DNA of 56,476 bases, filler included, from Perkinsus olseni (Eukaryota), in NCBI GenBank assembly GCA_013115125.1. It is 2 parts of 2 records of this genome, joined end to end, with 100 filler letters (N's around TTAATTAATTAA, not from the genome) between each part and the next. Parts side by side here need not be neighbours in the genome. Positions count along the whole stretch, not along the records: positions 1 to 28,206 come from JABANN010000453.1; positions 28,307 to 56,476 come from JABANN010000454.1. One strand, 5' to 3'. Under the pieces are notes generated by a model that saw only the letters and a program-made list of their open reading frames with translations, did no database searches and was not told the DNA's origin. Shown here one piece after another: positions 23,125 to 35,310 of this stretch. The stretch's first letter is position 1. Each line of letters begins with the position of its first letter. The translations under genes were made by a program, and so were the position numbers.

Positions 23125-24105
23125 ATGACTGATAATCCACTTGATAGCAAGGAGTATGTACTGGACGCTCTCGATGGGTTCGCGTTCGAAGATGGGCCGC
23201 CGGGCCGTGAAGGTAAGGTCGCTTTAGGTGGTCGTGCAACCTCATAGTCCCCATTTCAGATGTTCCACCGACGAGGACTCCTACGAGGAAATTTATTAAG
23301 AGAGCAAAAGAAAAATCGGCAAGTCCCGGAAAGAGGCCCCGATCGGCTACCAAAGGGAGGACACCGAAGAGAGAGGCCCTGCAGCGGCATCGAGGTGGGC
23401 TGGGGATCTGTGAGGGCGTCACCAGTCCTTTGCACTCACCCTTCGTTCAGGATTCCCACCAAGCGTAGGCGAGTGTCCCCGAGTGTTGATACTGGGCTCA
23501 GCACCCTGTGAGATGTCCCTCGAGAAGGGGCAGTTCTACGGCAACCCTCGGAACCACTTCTGGGCGGTTATGGCCTACGCAATGGAGGACCCTCAATTTC
23601 CCATGCTCGACTTCGAGACGCGCTGCTCAGTCCTCCGGTCAAGGGAGATTGCCCTGTGGAACATCTGTGACGTCTTCACCCGCTATAAGAGCTCCGACGC
23701 CACTCTGCACTGTGAAGGTAGCGCCCCTCCCCCTTCGTGACCACACACAGTCGTGGTCCTCCTGTGCGTCAGAGTACACCGACATCGCTGGGCTAGTGGT
23801 GCAGCATCCCTCCATTCGCTACATTCTATGCAACGGCACCGCCTCCTTTGAGTGCATGCAAAAGTACGACCTGCCAGGCCGGCTGCAGGTAGTGGTCGAT
23901 ATGTTGATATCTCATGAGGGATTGGTCGGAACCCGCCGAATCATTGCCGGATGCCCCTCAGGGCTGCGGTGTTGATGTTCCGGTGATATCTAAGTTGCCG
24001 TCAACCAGCCCAGCTAACGCCATGGCCGACCCTGTTGAGACCAAGGGGAAGGTGTGGAAGGAAAAGCTACAGGAGGCATTAGGAAGCCCTCATGGGCGAG
24101 AATGA
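23125..24105 (+). CDS. UDG-superfamily DNA glycosylase, family-6 (hypoxanthine-DNA glycosylase)-like, copy 1
   Basis: GFPP..PRVLILGSAPCEMSLEKGQFYGNPRNHFW, IALWNIC..SSDATL, ILCNG, KLPSTSPANA..W. Five exons. Confidence 0.85.
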
Positions 24106-24396
24106 GGTTGATACCCTGAGCTCGATTATAGTGTATTACAGCGTTCTGTGTTTCATTTATTAACCATTGCCTTCTACGTCTCAACCGTACACTGTCACAA
24201 TACTGTGCCTTCTGTGTTACAGTAGACAGTCTTCGGGAGGGATGAGGGATGGTGCAGCATGGCTAGGGTGTTTGCGGATGAGAGAGGGGCCACCGGGCAT
24301 TTCTGATCCCGGATGGCCCGTGCTCCCCTCAGCAGTGCCGCGAGCGACTGATGATAGTGTATTAGCTACGTTCGTTAGCCGGCGTAATTTTTAACC

Positions 24397-25722
24397 ATGA
24401 TTAGTGCACCAGGCTCGGGCGGGATCGACCTGACCAAGGAGACGGCACTCCTAGCGAGCCTACAGGCCTACGCTTTTAATCAAGAGCATGACGTGGTTGC
24501 GGGTGAGTACAATAGCCGCTGTACTGGCCCCGCAGTATCTGCCGCCTGCAGATGCCTCTTCTACACCTACTCGATCTAGAAGAAGCACGATATCGTCAAC
24601 TAGCAGTAGCAGTGGTCGTAGCAGGAGACCGACGTCCGTACGTAACGGCATCAGCAAGGGACTCCTCTTCGAGAGGCGTCGAGGTGAGCACGTCCCTCGG
24701 CTGTCTTGCGGTGTGCCTCGCCGCAGCACTACGCTCTGCAGGCCTTCCACCAATCCTCGGCCCGGACCCTCGCGTCCTCATCCTAGGCTCAGCACCTAGT
24801 CAGATATCTCTGATGAGGGGAGAGTACTACGCCAATCCTCACAATCACTTCTGGGGCGTCCTCGGCTACGCAATGGATGACCCTGAGTTCCCCTTGCTGG
24901 ACTACCAATCTCGTTGTGATGTTTTGAAAGCGAGAGGCATCGCTGTGTGGGACATCTGTGAGGAGTTCACTCGCCATAGAAGTGCTGATGCCACTCTGCA
25001 GTGTGAAGGTGAGATGATAGTCGAATGAATTCACCTCCGACGGCCACGCTTGTGCACTCTCTGGTCGAAGGGAATGTGGTGATGGAACAGAACATGATAG
25101 AGCAGGTAGAGTGACGAGTAGTCGAGAGAATTGGAGTTAATGACCGGGCAACCCTAGTATGATGAAACTAAGGAACCCACGCTTCCCACAGTGCATCCGC
25201 GACTGCACTCGAGTTTGAGATGAATGCCGCCGCGCCCACGGGTTTGATAGTCCGGAAAACCTGAACTCTCGCTGATTGGTCTTTTTATCAGAATACAGTG
25301 ACATTGCGAAGCTGCTGGTGGATAACCCGGCAGTAAAGCGGATACTGTGCAACGGTTCGGCCTCCTTCAATAATGTCCGAAAATACAAACTTGAAGAAAA
25401 GATGAAAGTAGGGACACACGGCGCAGGGCACTCACATCGATTCTGAGGCGGTCACCTTTATGTAGAACTATGAGTTCACCGGGTTGACAGGTGACGGTAA
25501 CAAGGTAGCGGTTCCTTGTCTTTTTACATTCGTTCGTTGTTCTGCCAGTAGCGGCGCCACTGAGGGGTTTCTATTCAGGCACTCGCCCCTTCGGGAGCTG
25601 TGGAGGTGCCAGAGATAGTGAGGCTACCGTCCACGAGCCCTGCGCATGCTGTGGCGAACGCTGTGGAAACCAAGGGGGAAGCCTGGAAGCAACAGCTGCG
25701 GGAGCTCATTCGCGCCGACTGA
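24397..25722 (+). CDS. UDG-superfamily DNA glycosylase, family-6-like, copy 2
   Basis: GLPPILGPDPRVLILGSAPSQISLMRGEYYANPHNHFW, IAVWDIC..SADATL, ILCNG, RLPSTSPAHA..W. Intron positions match copy 1. Confidence 0.85.
25156..25267 (+). ncRNA. Candidate intronic box C/D snoRNA
   Basis: ATGATGA (25159-25165) and CTGA (25261-25264), flanked by an AGT/ACT 3-bp stem, inside an unusually long intron. No rRNA target recognised. Confidence 0.2.
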
Positions 25723-25897
25723 ATTGCCAGGACGTACTCGAGGACGTGTATCATGTGTCTTATCATCACTTTATTTCATTTCAATTCATTTAAAGTTTCT
25801 CGCCCGCATGTGTTTGTTCGTAACAGTTGGATAACGCCCAGTCTCGATAACGCGAGGGCAAGCACATATGTGAAGCAACCACATCACACAAGCAAGT

Positions 25898-28105
25898 TTA
25901 CAAATCTGCCTTGTCATAAATCAACGTCACTGCTCTCCCGTGTGGGGAGCTTTCTCCAGTCATCACCAGACCACCTGAGAGAGGAGATCCACCGAACACC
26001 TTCACTCGCCCCTCAGCGCGATCGTCACTCACCCGACCATCCGCCGGCATCGCCTTGGACAACACCTCAGGCACATCACGAGACAACAGCACCATTGCCA
26101 GAGCAGCCCGGCCCGACGACGAGACCGCGGAGGTGATGATTTCATGATGCCCTGGGAGGAGTCGATGCTCTCTGGGGCGGAGGCTGTGGACGCTGGACTA
26201 GACGGCATGTCTAATTGAACCTACAGAAGGTAACCGAGGCGGGTCCGAGACGCTACATCGAAGAAGACGGTTACCTTATCGAAGGAGGGGTCCTCTTCGG
26301 CGCTGAGCTCGTCCCAAGTCGGTATGCTCACGCTTGACCCTTCTCCCTCAACTGTCGCTGGCCGTGCATGCGTGTTGGCAGTACCACTCCCCCACATCTT
26401 CACGACACTCAATGCCTCCATTCTGACCAGCGATCTGACTCTAGCATCTTCGTGTTCGAAATGATCGCCGATCTCTCTACAGAGCTTCAATATAGTGTCA
26501 AGCCAGGGCAAGTAAGAATCAGTGTTCGCCAAGTGAAGGAGTACAGCACATACACCAACAACGCCTCGCCAACTGTCCTGAGCGTTCAGGAAAGGTTCAG
26601 TGAGCAGTTTCGCGGCGTAGCTCTGCAGCCTAGGATCGACTATCCGCTGGAGGCTCTCGGCAGTCCGGACGGTGACGCTACCGGGAATCGGAGTTGTAGT
26701 GGGATTGGTGATGGCGGAGATTTCGGTGGCTATTCCAAGCTCCTCAGGAGAGAGAAATAGTCGATCCACGAAGCTAGTCATGGTGAAAACTGATAGTCAA
26801 ACGGTGAAACACTGGAGAGACTAGTGAACCAATCACAGCACCACAAGATGCCTCGAGAACGCCGGCTGGCCCTACTCAGGGGCGTAGACCGAGTATTCCG
26901 CGGCGCTGAGAGACGGTGGTGGGTTTGGGCAGAGGCGACCGAGTTGAACCGACTCGGTTGGCGCTCCTTCCAATAGAGCAGTCCGAATAAGAGGAGCCGC
27001 GACCTAGAGCTTCCATTTCGCCGACAACGCAATGAGGGGAAAGCATAGAAATGCTCGAGTGGCTGGTGACACGAGACTCTGCATGTTAGAGCTGAATGCA
27101 TCAGGCAGTCTGTGTGGAGGGAAAAGGCACTTCCTGGCATGCATGTACAAACTGTCAGCCGCTAGCTTCATCTCAGTGAAGGGTCGCATGATCGCATCGT
27201 CCGCTCGCTTGTCAAGGCCTTCCAGTGTCTTGTCCGATCTCAGTTCTGTCCAAAGCTGAATACGAAGGAGCGACTCGGAGCACCGCCGATCTTCCTCATC
27301 CGACCTCCTCAACATGGTCCCGCAGGTGGCGTATGCTCTGTAGCTCAGTCGGTCGAACGTGTCCATGGACATCATCAAACCTTGCTGGATGAGCGCTGAC
27401 AGCCTCGAGATCGAGCCGTGGAAGAAGGCCAGCATCGAAGGGAATTATGTGGAAGTCGTGGCTTAGTCTGAACACGCACTTGGCGATTCTCCAAACACTG
27501 AAGAAAATGAGATCAACCCACACCGTCTCGATCTCCTCCGCCCTCTCCATGGCTTGCCTCAAGCGTAGCATATCAAGATTGAGGTGCCAAGGGACACACC
27601 TGGACGAGGTGACGCCCCTGCGAGACGAAGCAAAACATTGCTCACTTTCCCGGCTCCGGGACTTGATGGAGCGGTTCGACATGAGCCCCACTAGCCCTTG
27701 TCGCCTCTGCGGTTGCCTTGGTCATTCGCTGCATCTCCTTGATCATCGCGGCAGCATTAGTGGCATGCACCGTGTGGGGGTCGGGATCTGAAGGGAGAGG
27801 CTCTCTATATTCGTACCGCACCAAAGCTCGCAATAATTCGAACATGTGACTTCCCCGCTGACCCAACGGGAAGAAGGAGGATCGCCCTCACTCTGAGCCT
27901 GCCACGGTCCATCCTGACCGTACAATTTATCGCCATCCTTAGCGTAGAAGGGCCAGGGACCACCAAAGCCGATCTGGACCGTCGGCATACTAGCAGGACC
28001 CTCTGATGAGACGACCGGCGTGTACGGCTTCAAGTGCACTTGACCTCGGGAGTCTATCCCCGTCGCGTTGTGAACAGCCTTCAGTACATGATTGAGCAAA
28101 GCCAT
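25898..28105 (-). CDS. Hypothetical multi-exon, largely alpha-helical protein
   Basis: A chain of same-strand ORFs (27743-28105, 27642-27866, 27296-27691, 27004-27435, 26221-26781) can be linked by short GT-AG introns. No family recognised. Confidence 0.55.
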
Positions 28106-28206
28106 GCTTGCGAAGCTACTTATACAGTGCTCTAAATAATCTTAGAATATTTCCAAAAAGAGCGATATCTCGGTAACAATCACGAATCAGAAGCTGGTAC
28201 TTGGAT

Positions 28207-28306
28207 NNNNNNNNNNNNNNNNNNNNNNNNNNNNNNNNNNNNNNNNNNNNTTAATTAATTAANNNNNNNNNNNNNNNNNNNNNNNNNNNNNNNNNNNNNN
28301 NNNNNN
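28207..28306. other. Artificial contig linker (44 N + TTAATTAATTAA + 44 N)
   Basis: Exactly 100 nt and symmetric. The central palindromic 12-mer places TAA stops in all six frames. Confidence 0.97.
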
Positions 28307-28307
28307 G

Positions 28308-28378
<71 letters not shown>

Positions 28379-28393
28379 ATTATTATTATTATT
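28307..28393. repeat. (GTT)n then (ATT)n microsatellite at the contig start
   Basis: Read directly. It lies in an intron of the truncated METTL16 gene and probably caused the assembly break. Confidence 0.95.
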
Positions 28394-28400
28394 GTGATAG

Positions 28401-28791
28401 GATGTTGAAGGAGTCTGAAGCTCATCCTCATTTATGTGTTTGGTTTACGAGTGTTTGTGCTAGAAGGGCAACTCTGAAGAAACTAGAGAAGCTAATGAAG
28501 AGGAGTATTAACGGTGGATTCTCCCATGATGCCTACGAATGCTGTTGTTGTTGTGTAGATCCATCCATACTAGAAGTGAAGACAATTACTCTTTATCAAG
28601 GGAGGCAGACAAGATGGGTTATATGTTGGACGTTCCTTAATGAGATGCAGCGGGCAGTCCGACTTACACCAAACTTACAACAACCATGTAAAACAACAGC
28701 TACTACCGAGGAAGGGACCGACGGGGAAGAAGTACAACAACAACAATTGGAATCTTCATTATCATCATCATCACCATTCTATACGTTTTAA
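28401..28791 (+). CDS. METTL16: METTL16/RlmF-family RNA m6A methyltransferase, 3' exons only
   Basis: VWFTSVCARRATL and LYQGRQTRWVICWTF match the family's WFTSM.GK and QG.T.RW..AWSF motifs. The 5' part is cut by the gap. Confidence 0.78.
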
Positions 28792-29439
28792 CCTTGTATG
28801 TGTGGTATGACACTGTTTATCGTGTTGTTACTTTGTATTGGACAAACTACATGAGATATTCCCAAAGCTGCATCGGGTTCGAGTGAGAGGGAGGACAATA
28901 CGGCACATAGCTTCCACAGCGGTCCCAAGTTGCCATGTCACTCACAACTCAACGGTTCAAGGATAGATCCGAAACTTCTGTTAGTGGTCGACACCTCACG
29001 ATAAACGTGACCCCTTCAAGTGACAAACAGAAATTGAGAAGCAAGTGAAGTAAGAAATATCTCGAAAATCGCGATCGAAGCAGGCGGCGGGTCAATGAGG
29101 GTAAAAGCCGAAGCCTTTAAAGGGGCCGGAGGCACATACTCGCGAGATACTCGTATCAGTACACAATACTGAAGGACATCGTACAGAGAGCCGTCATGAG
29201 TACCATGAGGATGAAATGGTGGTTATCGTCGATTGATGCCCATGAAGCATCGACAATGGCGATGGCGAAAACTTGTTGTTCGATGAGCTGTCACGTAGCT
29301 GCCTGTGAAAGGTGAAGACAGAATCGGCTCAGCAGCATAACGATGCACCAATGTGACACATCGCGTCACCAATACACATGCCTGTACAGCACGACTATTA
29401 CTTATTCTTCAACAATAACGATACAAATTTGGTGGTCTA

Positions 29440-31305
29440 TTATCGAGTAGGAGCACATCCCCGATTGTCAAAAGGTGGCATAAATGTATTGTCCAATAGA
29501 TAGGTCATAGCGTTAGTAGTGATGATGAATAAGGTCACCTGAATCATAAAGAGAACAATACTATTATTGTGCACTTGGTAATAATAACAGCCGAGGTGCA
29601 ATGATTATTATGATTATTACAGTGGTATCGATAAGGATAACTACCGGTTCCTTCTCCCTCTCATTATACGTACTGTGTACCTTGTACATTATAAGAAGGT
29701 AGGTTAAACCCGCCAATAGACCCGTTATGAATATGAGAATGTATCTAATAGAGTATACTGATGCCTTGGGTTATGCCGATTATTATCATTATTACTGTAG
29801 GTAGAGTGGAAGGAAATGGGCACGACTGTTTACCATCCATATTGTCCATTGACATAATGACATTACCACTGTGTATGGGTAGGCATTGAGAAGTATACCA
29901 TATCTAAAACGTGATAATAATGGTAAACTAGTAGTACCCAGCAGATGACCAAATGAATACACCAACCCAATGACCTGCCATAACACCATCACATAAGATG
30001 ACAATGACGCTGTTACTACTACCTCAAAACTGTGACATATACTCCAAGTACTCCCACCATTATTCATCATATCATTCGCCTCCTGTAGTGTTAGGTTGTT
30101 TGAATCTCTTACTAATTTACCAACTATCATTATTTGCATGAAGTACCTACTATGACAATACACAATAATAATGCTGCAATAGATAACATGACTCACGTTG
30201 AGCCCAGCAGGAGACATAATGGCCAAACTTTACGTTGAAGGAAAGTACTCAGGTACCTCTTAATGATACTCAAGATGCCTTCGGGGGACTCTCCTTCATA
30301 AAAATGGTACGCATTAGAAGAATCTCCCTCTGTTGTTTTTATGGTTGGTAGAGGTTTGAGTAGATTCCATAAAATGATGTATAATGTAGCAGGTAATAGG
30401 AGTACATAATATATATGTTGTGATGTTATACCAATGGTAGAATGGAGAATGATATACCTATAAGGATGACAATGTTGTTACGGTAAGCAGCCGCAGCAGC
30501 ATTAGCAGTCGAAGGGAAGTACGTACTTACAGGAAGTAAGCATAGATAGCAGATATACCAGATCCAGAGGTAATAGCTCCCGTTAGTGTTGGATTGAATC
30601 TACGCATGTACGTCAATAATACCTGATCATCTGATTATCATACTAATGCTGATAATGATGAACAACAACAACAACAACAACAATAAGAAGAAGAAGAAGA
30701 AGAAGAAGGAAGGAATCGACTCTGTATTACCACAGCCCCGAAACTACCAGATGAACCAGTAAATAGCAGACCAATGAGAAGTAGCCAGAATGTTGGTGCC
30801 GATCCGACTAACACCAACCCAAGTATCATGAATATAGAATTAGCCCACCTGTCATAATGATACTTGCGCTACGGTTGTAGTGGTATTACAATCTATATTC
30901 AAATTTGACATTATGTGCTTCCAAGAATATAGAGCCTATGTTGAAGAATAATGTTAGTCCAATATTAGCCCAACCGATCAATCCAAACATATGCTCGGCG
31001 TTAAATGCTTCTGATAGATCTTTAGACGATGCTGCCGATATACCCCACATTGAGAATGTGAATATGGAACATAACAGAAAGATACAATAATTCCGCCAAT
31101 AGTACGTACGACACCTGATCATCACCATCATCATCATCATCATCACAACAATAGCATGACTGGTGATTGCACTGTAGTGAGAGTAGGACTACTGAGAGCG
31201 CTGTTCCTGTTCTTCTTCTTCTTCTTCTTCTTGTTGTTGTTTGTCTAGAGAGATCTCATCACTAGTAGTTGTGGTAGTATCATCACTGGGGAACGAAGGT
31301 ACCAT
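29440..31305 (-). CDS. CLN3/battenin (Btn1)-like MFS-fold membrane transporter
   Basis: Many transmembrane exons: ISAASSKDL, LLTYMRRFNPTLTGAITSGSGISA (compare WSSGTG.AG), FITGLLAGLTY (compare EGLLGG.AY). Confidence 0.62.
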
Positions 31306-31478
31306 GTTCGATTGATATGACAATAAAGATGATGATAAAAATCTGATCGTGTGAACCCGCTGTTATATGTTAACTGTTACTACTAGTAGTCGTTGGATGT
31401 AATAGAAACGTTGATGTTAGTTACAACAATAGCAATGGAACTAATGATGGTGTTCAGTGTTGTGATCATTAGTCATCA

Positions 31479-32277
31479 TCATACAGGTGGTGTTGGTGGT
31501 AGTAGACGTTGTCGTGTTATTGGCTGCTCTCCTGGACATAATCTTAGACCGTAACTGAAGAGTGAGTAGTGATAACGAGAACGATGATGCAAGTAACTAT
31601 TAGCTTGGACGCTAGCCGTGATGGTAGTATTACTCGTATCTTGGATCATCTCCTGCTAACGTTGACGTCCAGTCTGGTATTAGTTGCTTTATTAATGAAT
31701 AACATTTAAGAACAAGGTAAGTTTGTAAGAATAGACCACATAATAGTAGTAGTACATTATCCAGTACCCAATAAGTATACCTAGATCCCCTCAATTGGGA
31801 CCAATTATACGATGCTGCAGTAGAATTGTGATAGAATGATAATACATCAAATATGATACTCAAGGGTCCCCATATACATGCTAGCATCAACCAACTACCA
31901 CTCGACTGGCAACCCCCTCTACGGAACAGCATTATTATAACTGCCGTAAGGATATCATTCCAGCCTAGGAATGCTATATCATCAATGATGTTACTATTAA
32001 TCATACAGAGGGAGTATCTTATTACACCGGATATTAGTAATACTGATGTACCCTGTACAAATAGTAAGGCTTCCCTAGTTGATGTCATTGTTTCTGATAT
32101 ACGACGTGGCGGTATATTTATACGTGGTAGAGGTAGAGTACAGCAATAGGTGATAAATGTAGTAAATATCTTGCTAACTCTGCTGCTGCTACTGCCACTA
32201 CTAGTGTTTGTAGATGTTACTTCTCTTGATGGGAAGGTAGACGACGGCATCGATTGACGGATAAACTTGACTATCAT
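31479..32277 (-). CDS. Hypothetical multi-pass membrane protein
   Basis: The 225-aa ORF has about four hydrophobic segments and a short terminal exon after a GT-AG intron. Confidence 0.6.
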
Positions 32278-32434
32278 AAAAGGGGATACGATGGTCGCAT
32301 GGAACACAAGACGCAGCAGTGATAGTTACATCAAGGCATGACAATGACATATTATGAATACATTACTTCGTACCATGATCATCATTATTACGAGTATACT
32401 GATGATGGCAGTAGTAGTAGGAGTATGAATGGTA

Positions 32435-33741
32435 TTAATGGTAGGAGATAATCCTAGGGTTCCTATTTATCTGTAATGTATTGTTATCGTATAATCCCTC
32501 TTGTTGTGATGCATGACCATTGACCATCATAATATTATGTGGCATTCTTGACGGCTGCTGCTGCTGCTGCTGTTGTTGTTGGTGTATAACATACCCATTA
32601 TCCCCCGCATCCTGGCACCCTACAATCTGCGGCCCAACTGTACTGCCCATCCATACTCCTGCTGCTGCTGCTGCCGGTGCTGTGGGTGATGTATTAGTGT
32701 ATGGTACACCCAATACCACTCCTTCACCTAAAATACTGTATCTGATAACAACAACGACACTAATACTGCTGCTGCTGCTGTAGGCATGTGTAGTAGTACA
32801 ATTTATAACCATAATAGAAGGAAGCTCCGTTGAATATGATGGTTATTATAGGTATTATGATGAGGATGGGCAGAGATGATGCACCAGTAATACTATCAAT
32901 ATCATCACCTACAACACATCATCATCATCATTATACCACAACATCAACAACTGTACTACATGTTATTGACATATTCTCATCTGAGACGGCATACTCTTCT
33001 TCATCTGCGGTATAGGGATCAATCTAATGATCATAGTAATAACAATAATCATTATTATTATTACTAGTGGTGGTGGTACGACTAGTAGCATGAGTTTCTC
33101 TATTACCTTTATATAGGTATCACCTGCATCACACTCATCATGCCAATCATTAAAAACCGTAGATAATACTATCAATCCGCTAAGGCCTATAATTGCGAAT
33201 ATCTGAAGAGGCTGATGAGAGAGGTAAACCACCATACTACTGTTACTGTTACTTACCACACTGCATAGGTTGCATCCACAGAAACAACACATAAGGTTAC
33301 GATTACTGAGTAGGAATAGAAGAAGGAGTGGTATGAGTAGTATGTCTATTGCTACTACTCATATTACCTCTGTTTAGCACCTAACCATCCACATGCTGGT
33401 ACCAATAAACCGAGTGCTACTGATAAGAGTATATATATAGTAGTAGTAGCAGCATCACCACTGGTGGTACGGATACCACTTCTCAGCTGAATCACAAGGT
33501 AACGATAGTATATAGTGATAATACTGACACCATATTACTGAGTTGCTTATAGCGAATAATGCACCAACAGTTGATAAAACAAGGACCTTCCGTACCAATG
33601 CAGCATGTCCTGGTAATAATCAATAATCATACCATCTCTCTCCCATTTCGTCAAGTACATACCTCTATTCTGCATTTCTATTCCGTATACTGCCACCACA
33701 CCCTCCTGTTGTTGTTGGTGGGGTGGGGATGAGGGTATCAT
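32435..33741 (-). CDS. Four-TM membrane protein with CG..GAK / NLMCCFCGCNLC motif, copy B
   Basis: Exons: VAVYGI, LVRKVLVLSTVGA, ALGLLVPACGWLGAKQ, NRNLMCCFCGCNLC, FNDWHDEC, RYSILGEGVV. Confidence 0.65.
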
Positions 33742-33898
33742 ACAAAACAATATTCAATACATGTAGTATGCTGTTAATGCGCAACATTAACAGTAATAGT
33801 CGTGTGAACATCATCTCTACATCATCATGTGGAGTTGCATCACCATCATCATCACCATTCAGATAGTATTACCAACACTTACCGGTGGTATAACCTAA

Positions 33899-34211
33899 TC
33901 ATAGCATCAACCAGCACCATTGATCATACCCTACTACTACCACCATTACATGATGTCTATCTGTAATTGGCAATGTTGGTGGTGGTGGGTGGCAAGGTAG
34001 TGCTATAACAACACCCTTACTGAGCTTATCGTATCTACATAGTAATAACGAGGTTGAGCATTCATGCCATTAGTATTACAACTGGTAACCGTAATGAAAA
34101 CTCATACCATCAAACAAGAGCACTAATAGACCTAGTACTATCCCAATTGCCAAGACTGATGATGCATTGAATGAGGAGAGATCTGCACCTATACACAGGA
34201 TACAGTAGCAG

Positions 34212-34267
<56 letters not shown>

Positions 34268-34402
34268 TTATCGTAATTACATGATATCACAGCATCCGTA
34301 TCAGATGCAGCATGGGGTATACGGTTGATGCTGCCCTCTGTAGTAACAACCTATAACGATAATGCAAGTAGAAGTGTTAGGAAATTGAGTACCAATACAA
34401 CA

Positions 34403-34434
<32 letters not shown>

Positions 34435-35021
34435 CACACGATATCTAACTTGTCCTGCTCTGCATTCATCATTCCAATTATTAAATATCATAATGATGGT
34501 TATTAATGTGGCTAACCCAATGATCGATAGTATCTGATACCATCTCATACTGAACACTGCTTATTATTAATCATATCATTATTACCATTGCACATAAGTT
34601 GCAGCCACAAAAGCAGCACATTAGGTTACGATCACTGAAAACGGGAGTCAGTGATGGTAGTAGTATTGCCTGAGTAGTGATACTTCCATTACTTGTTTTT
34701 AGCACCGTACCATCCACATAGTGGTATTAACAGTCCTAATGCAAGAGATATGATAAATTGTGAAAGTGATGGTATGAGACCAGCATCGCTACGAGCCAAC
34801 ACTACAACCTAACAATGACGATGATAGCCTCCTACTCCACGGCAGTAGTAGCAGTAGTTATTACAGCATTGAGGAGTATGATGAATGCACCAATGATAGA
34901 TAATGTTACCACTTTCCTTACCAATCTACCCAACCCTACAACACGAAGGTTCATACATCAATGAAATAGTAGTAGTACTATCACCTTCATCATAGATATT
35001 CAATCCATATACAACAAGCAT
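33899..35021 (-). CDS. Four-TM membrane protein with CCFCGCN motif, copy A
   Basis: Exons: LVVYGL, LVRKVVTLSIIGA, ALGLLIPLCGWYGAKN, DRNLMCCFCGCNLC, FNNWNDEC, RYDKLSKGVV. Collinear with copy B. Confidence 0.65.
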
Positions 35022-35229
35022 GATGGTAGTAGGAGAGATGAAGTAATGATGGAAGAATAACAACAACGGGTGTGTCGACTGTGGATCGACACAGGAATCT
35101 ACTACTACTACGCGCCGTCTCCCGGTAGTAATAACAACAACAAAACAACAATGATTCATCATGCGTACTGACAGCATATGATGAGTAGTAGCATTACTCT
35201 TTTGAGTAGTGCTTAGACGACGACGACGA

Positions 35230-35273
35230 CATGGTAATACCCCTTCATGATGATTAGCTAACTACTCCCTTAC

Positions 35274-35310
<37 letters not shown>

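Noticed and set aside
28251-28262. Palindrome TTAATTAATTAA as a biological site
   Set aside because: It is centred in symmetric N runs totalling 100 nt, which marks a standard six-frame-stop assembly linker. Adjacency across it has no biological meaning.
28307-28378. (GTT)n as a telomeric repeat
   Set aside because: The same triplet runs occur throughout introns, and it is followed directly by a splice acceptor and an internal exon.
29097-29332. RNase P/MRP-like motifs (GAGGGTAAAAGCCGA ... ACAGAATCGGCTCA)
   Set aside because: Only a 6-bp potential P4 without the bulged U, and no P1 helix.
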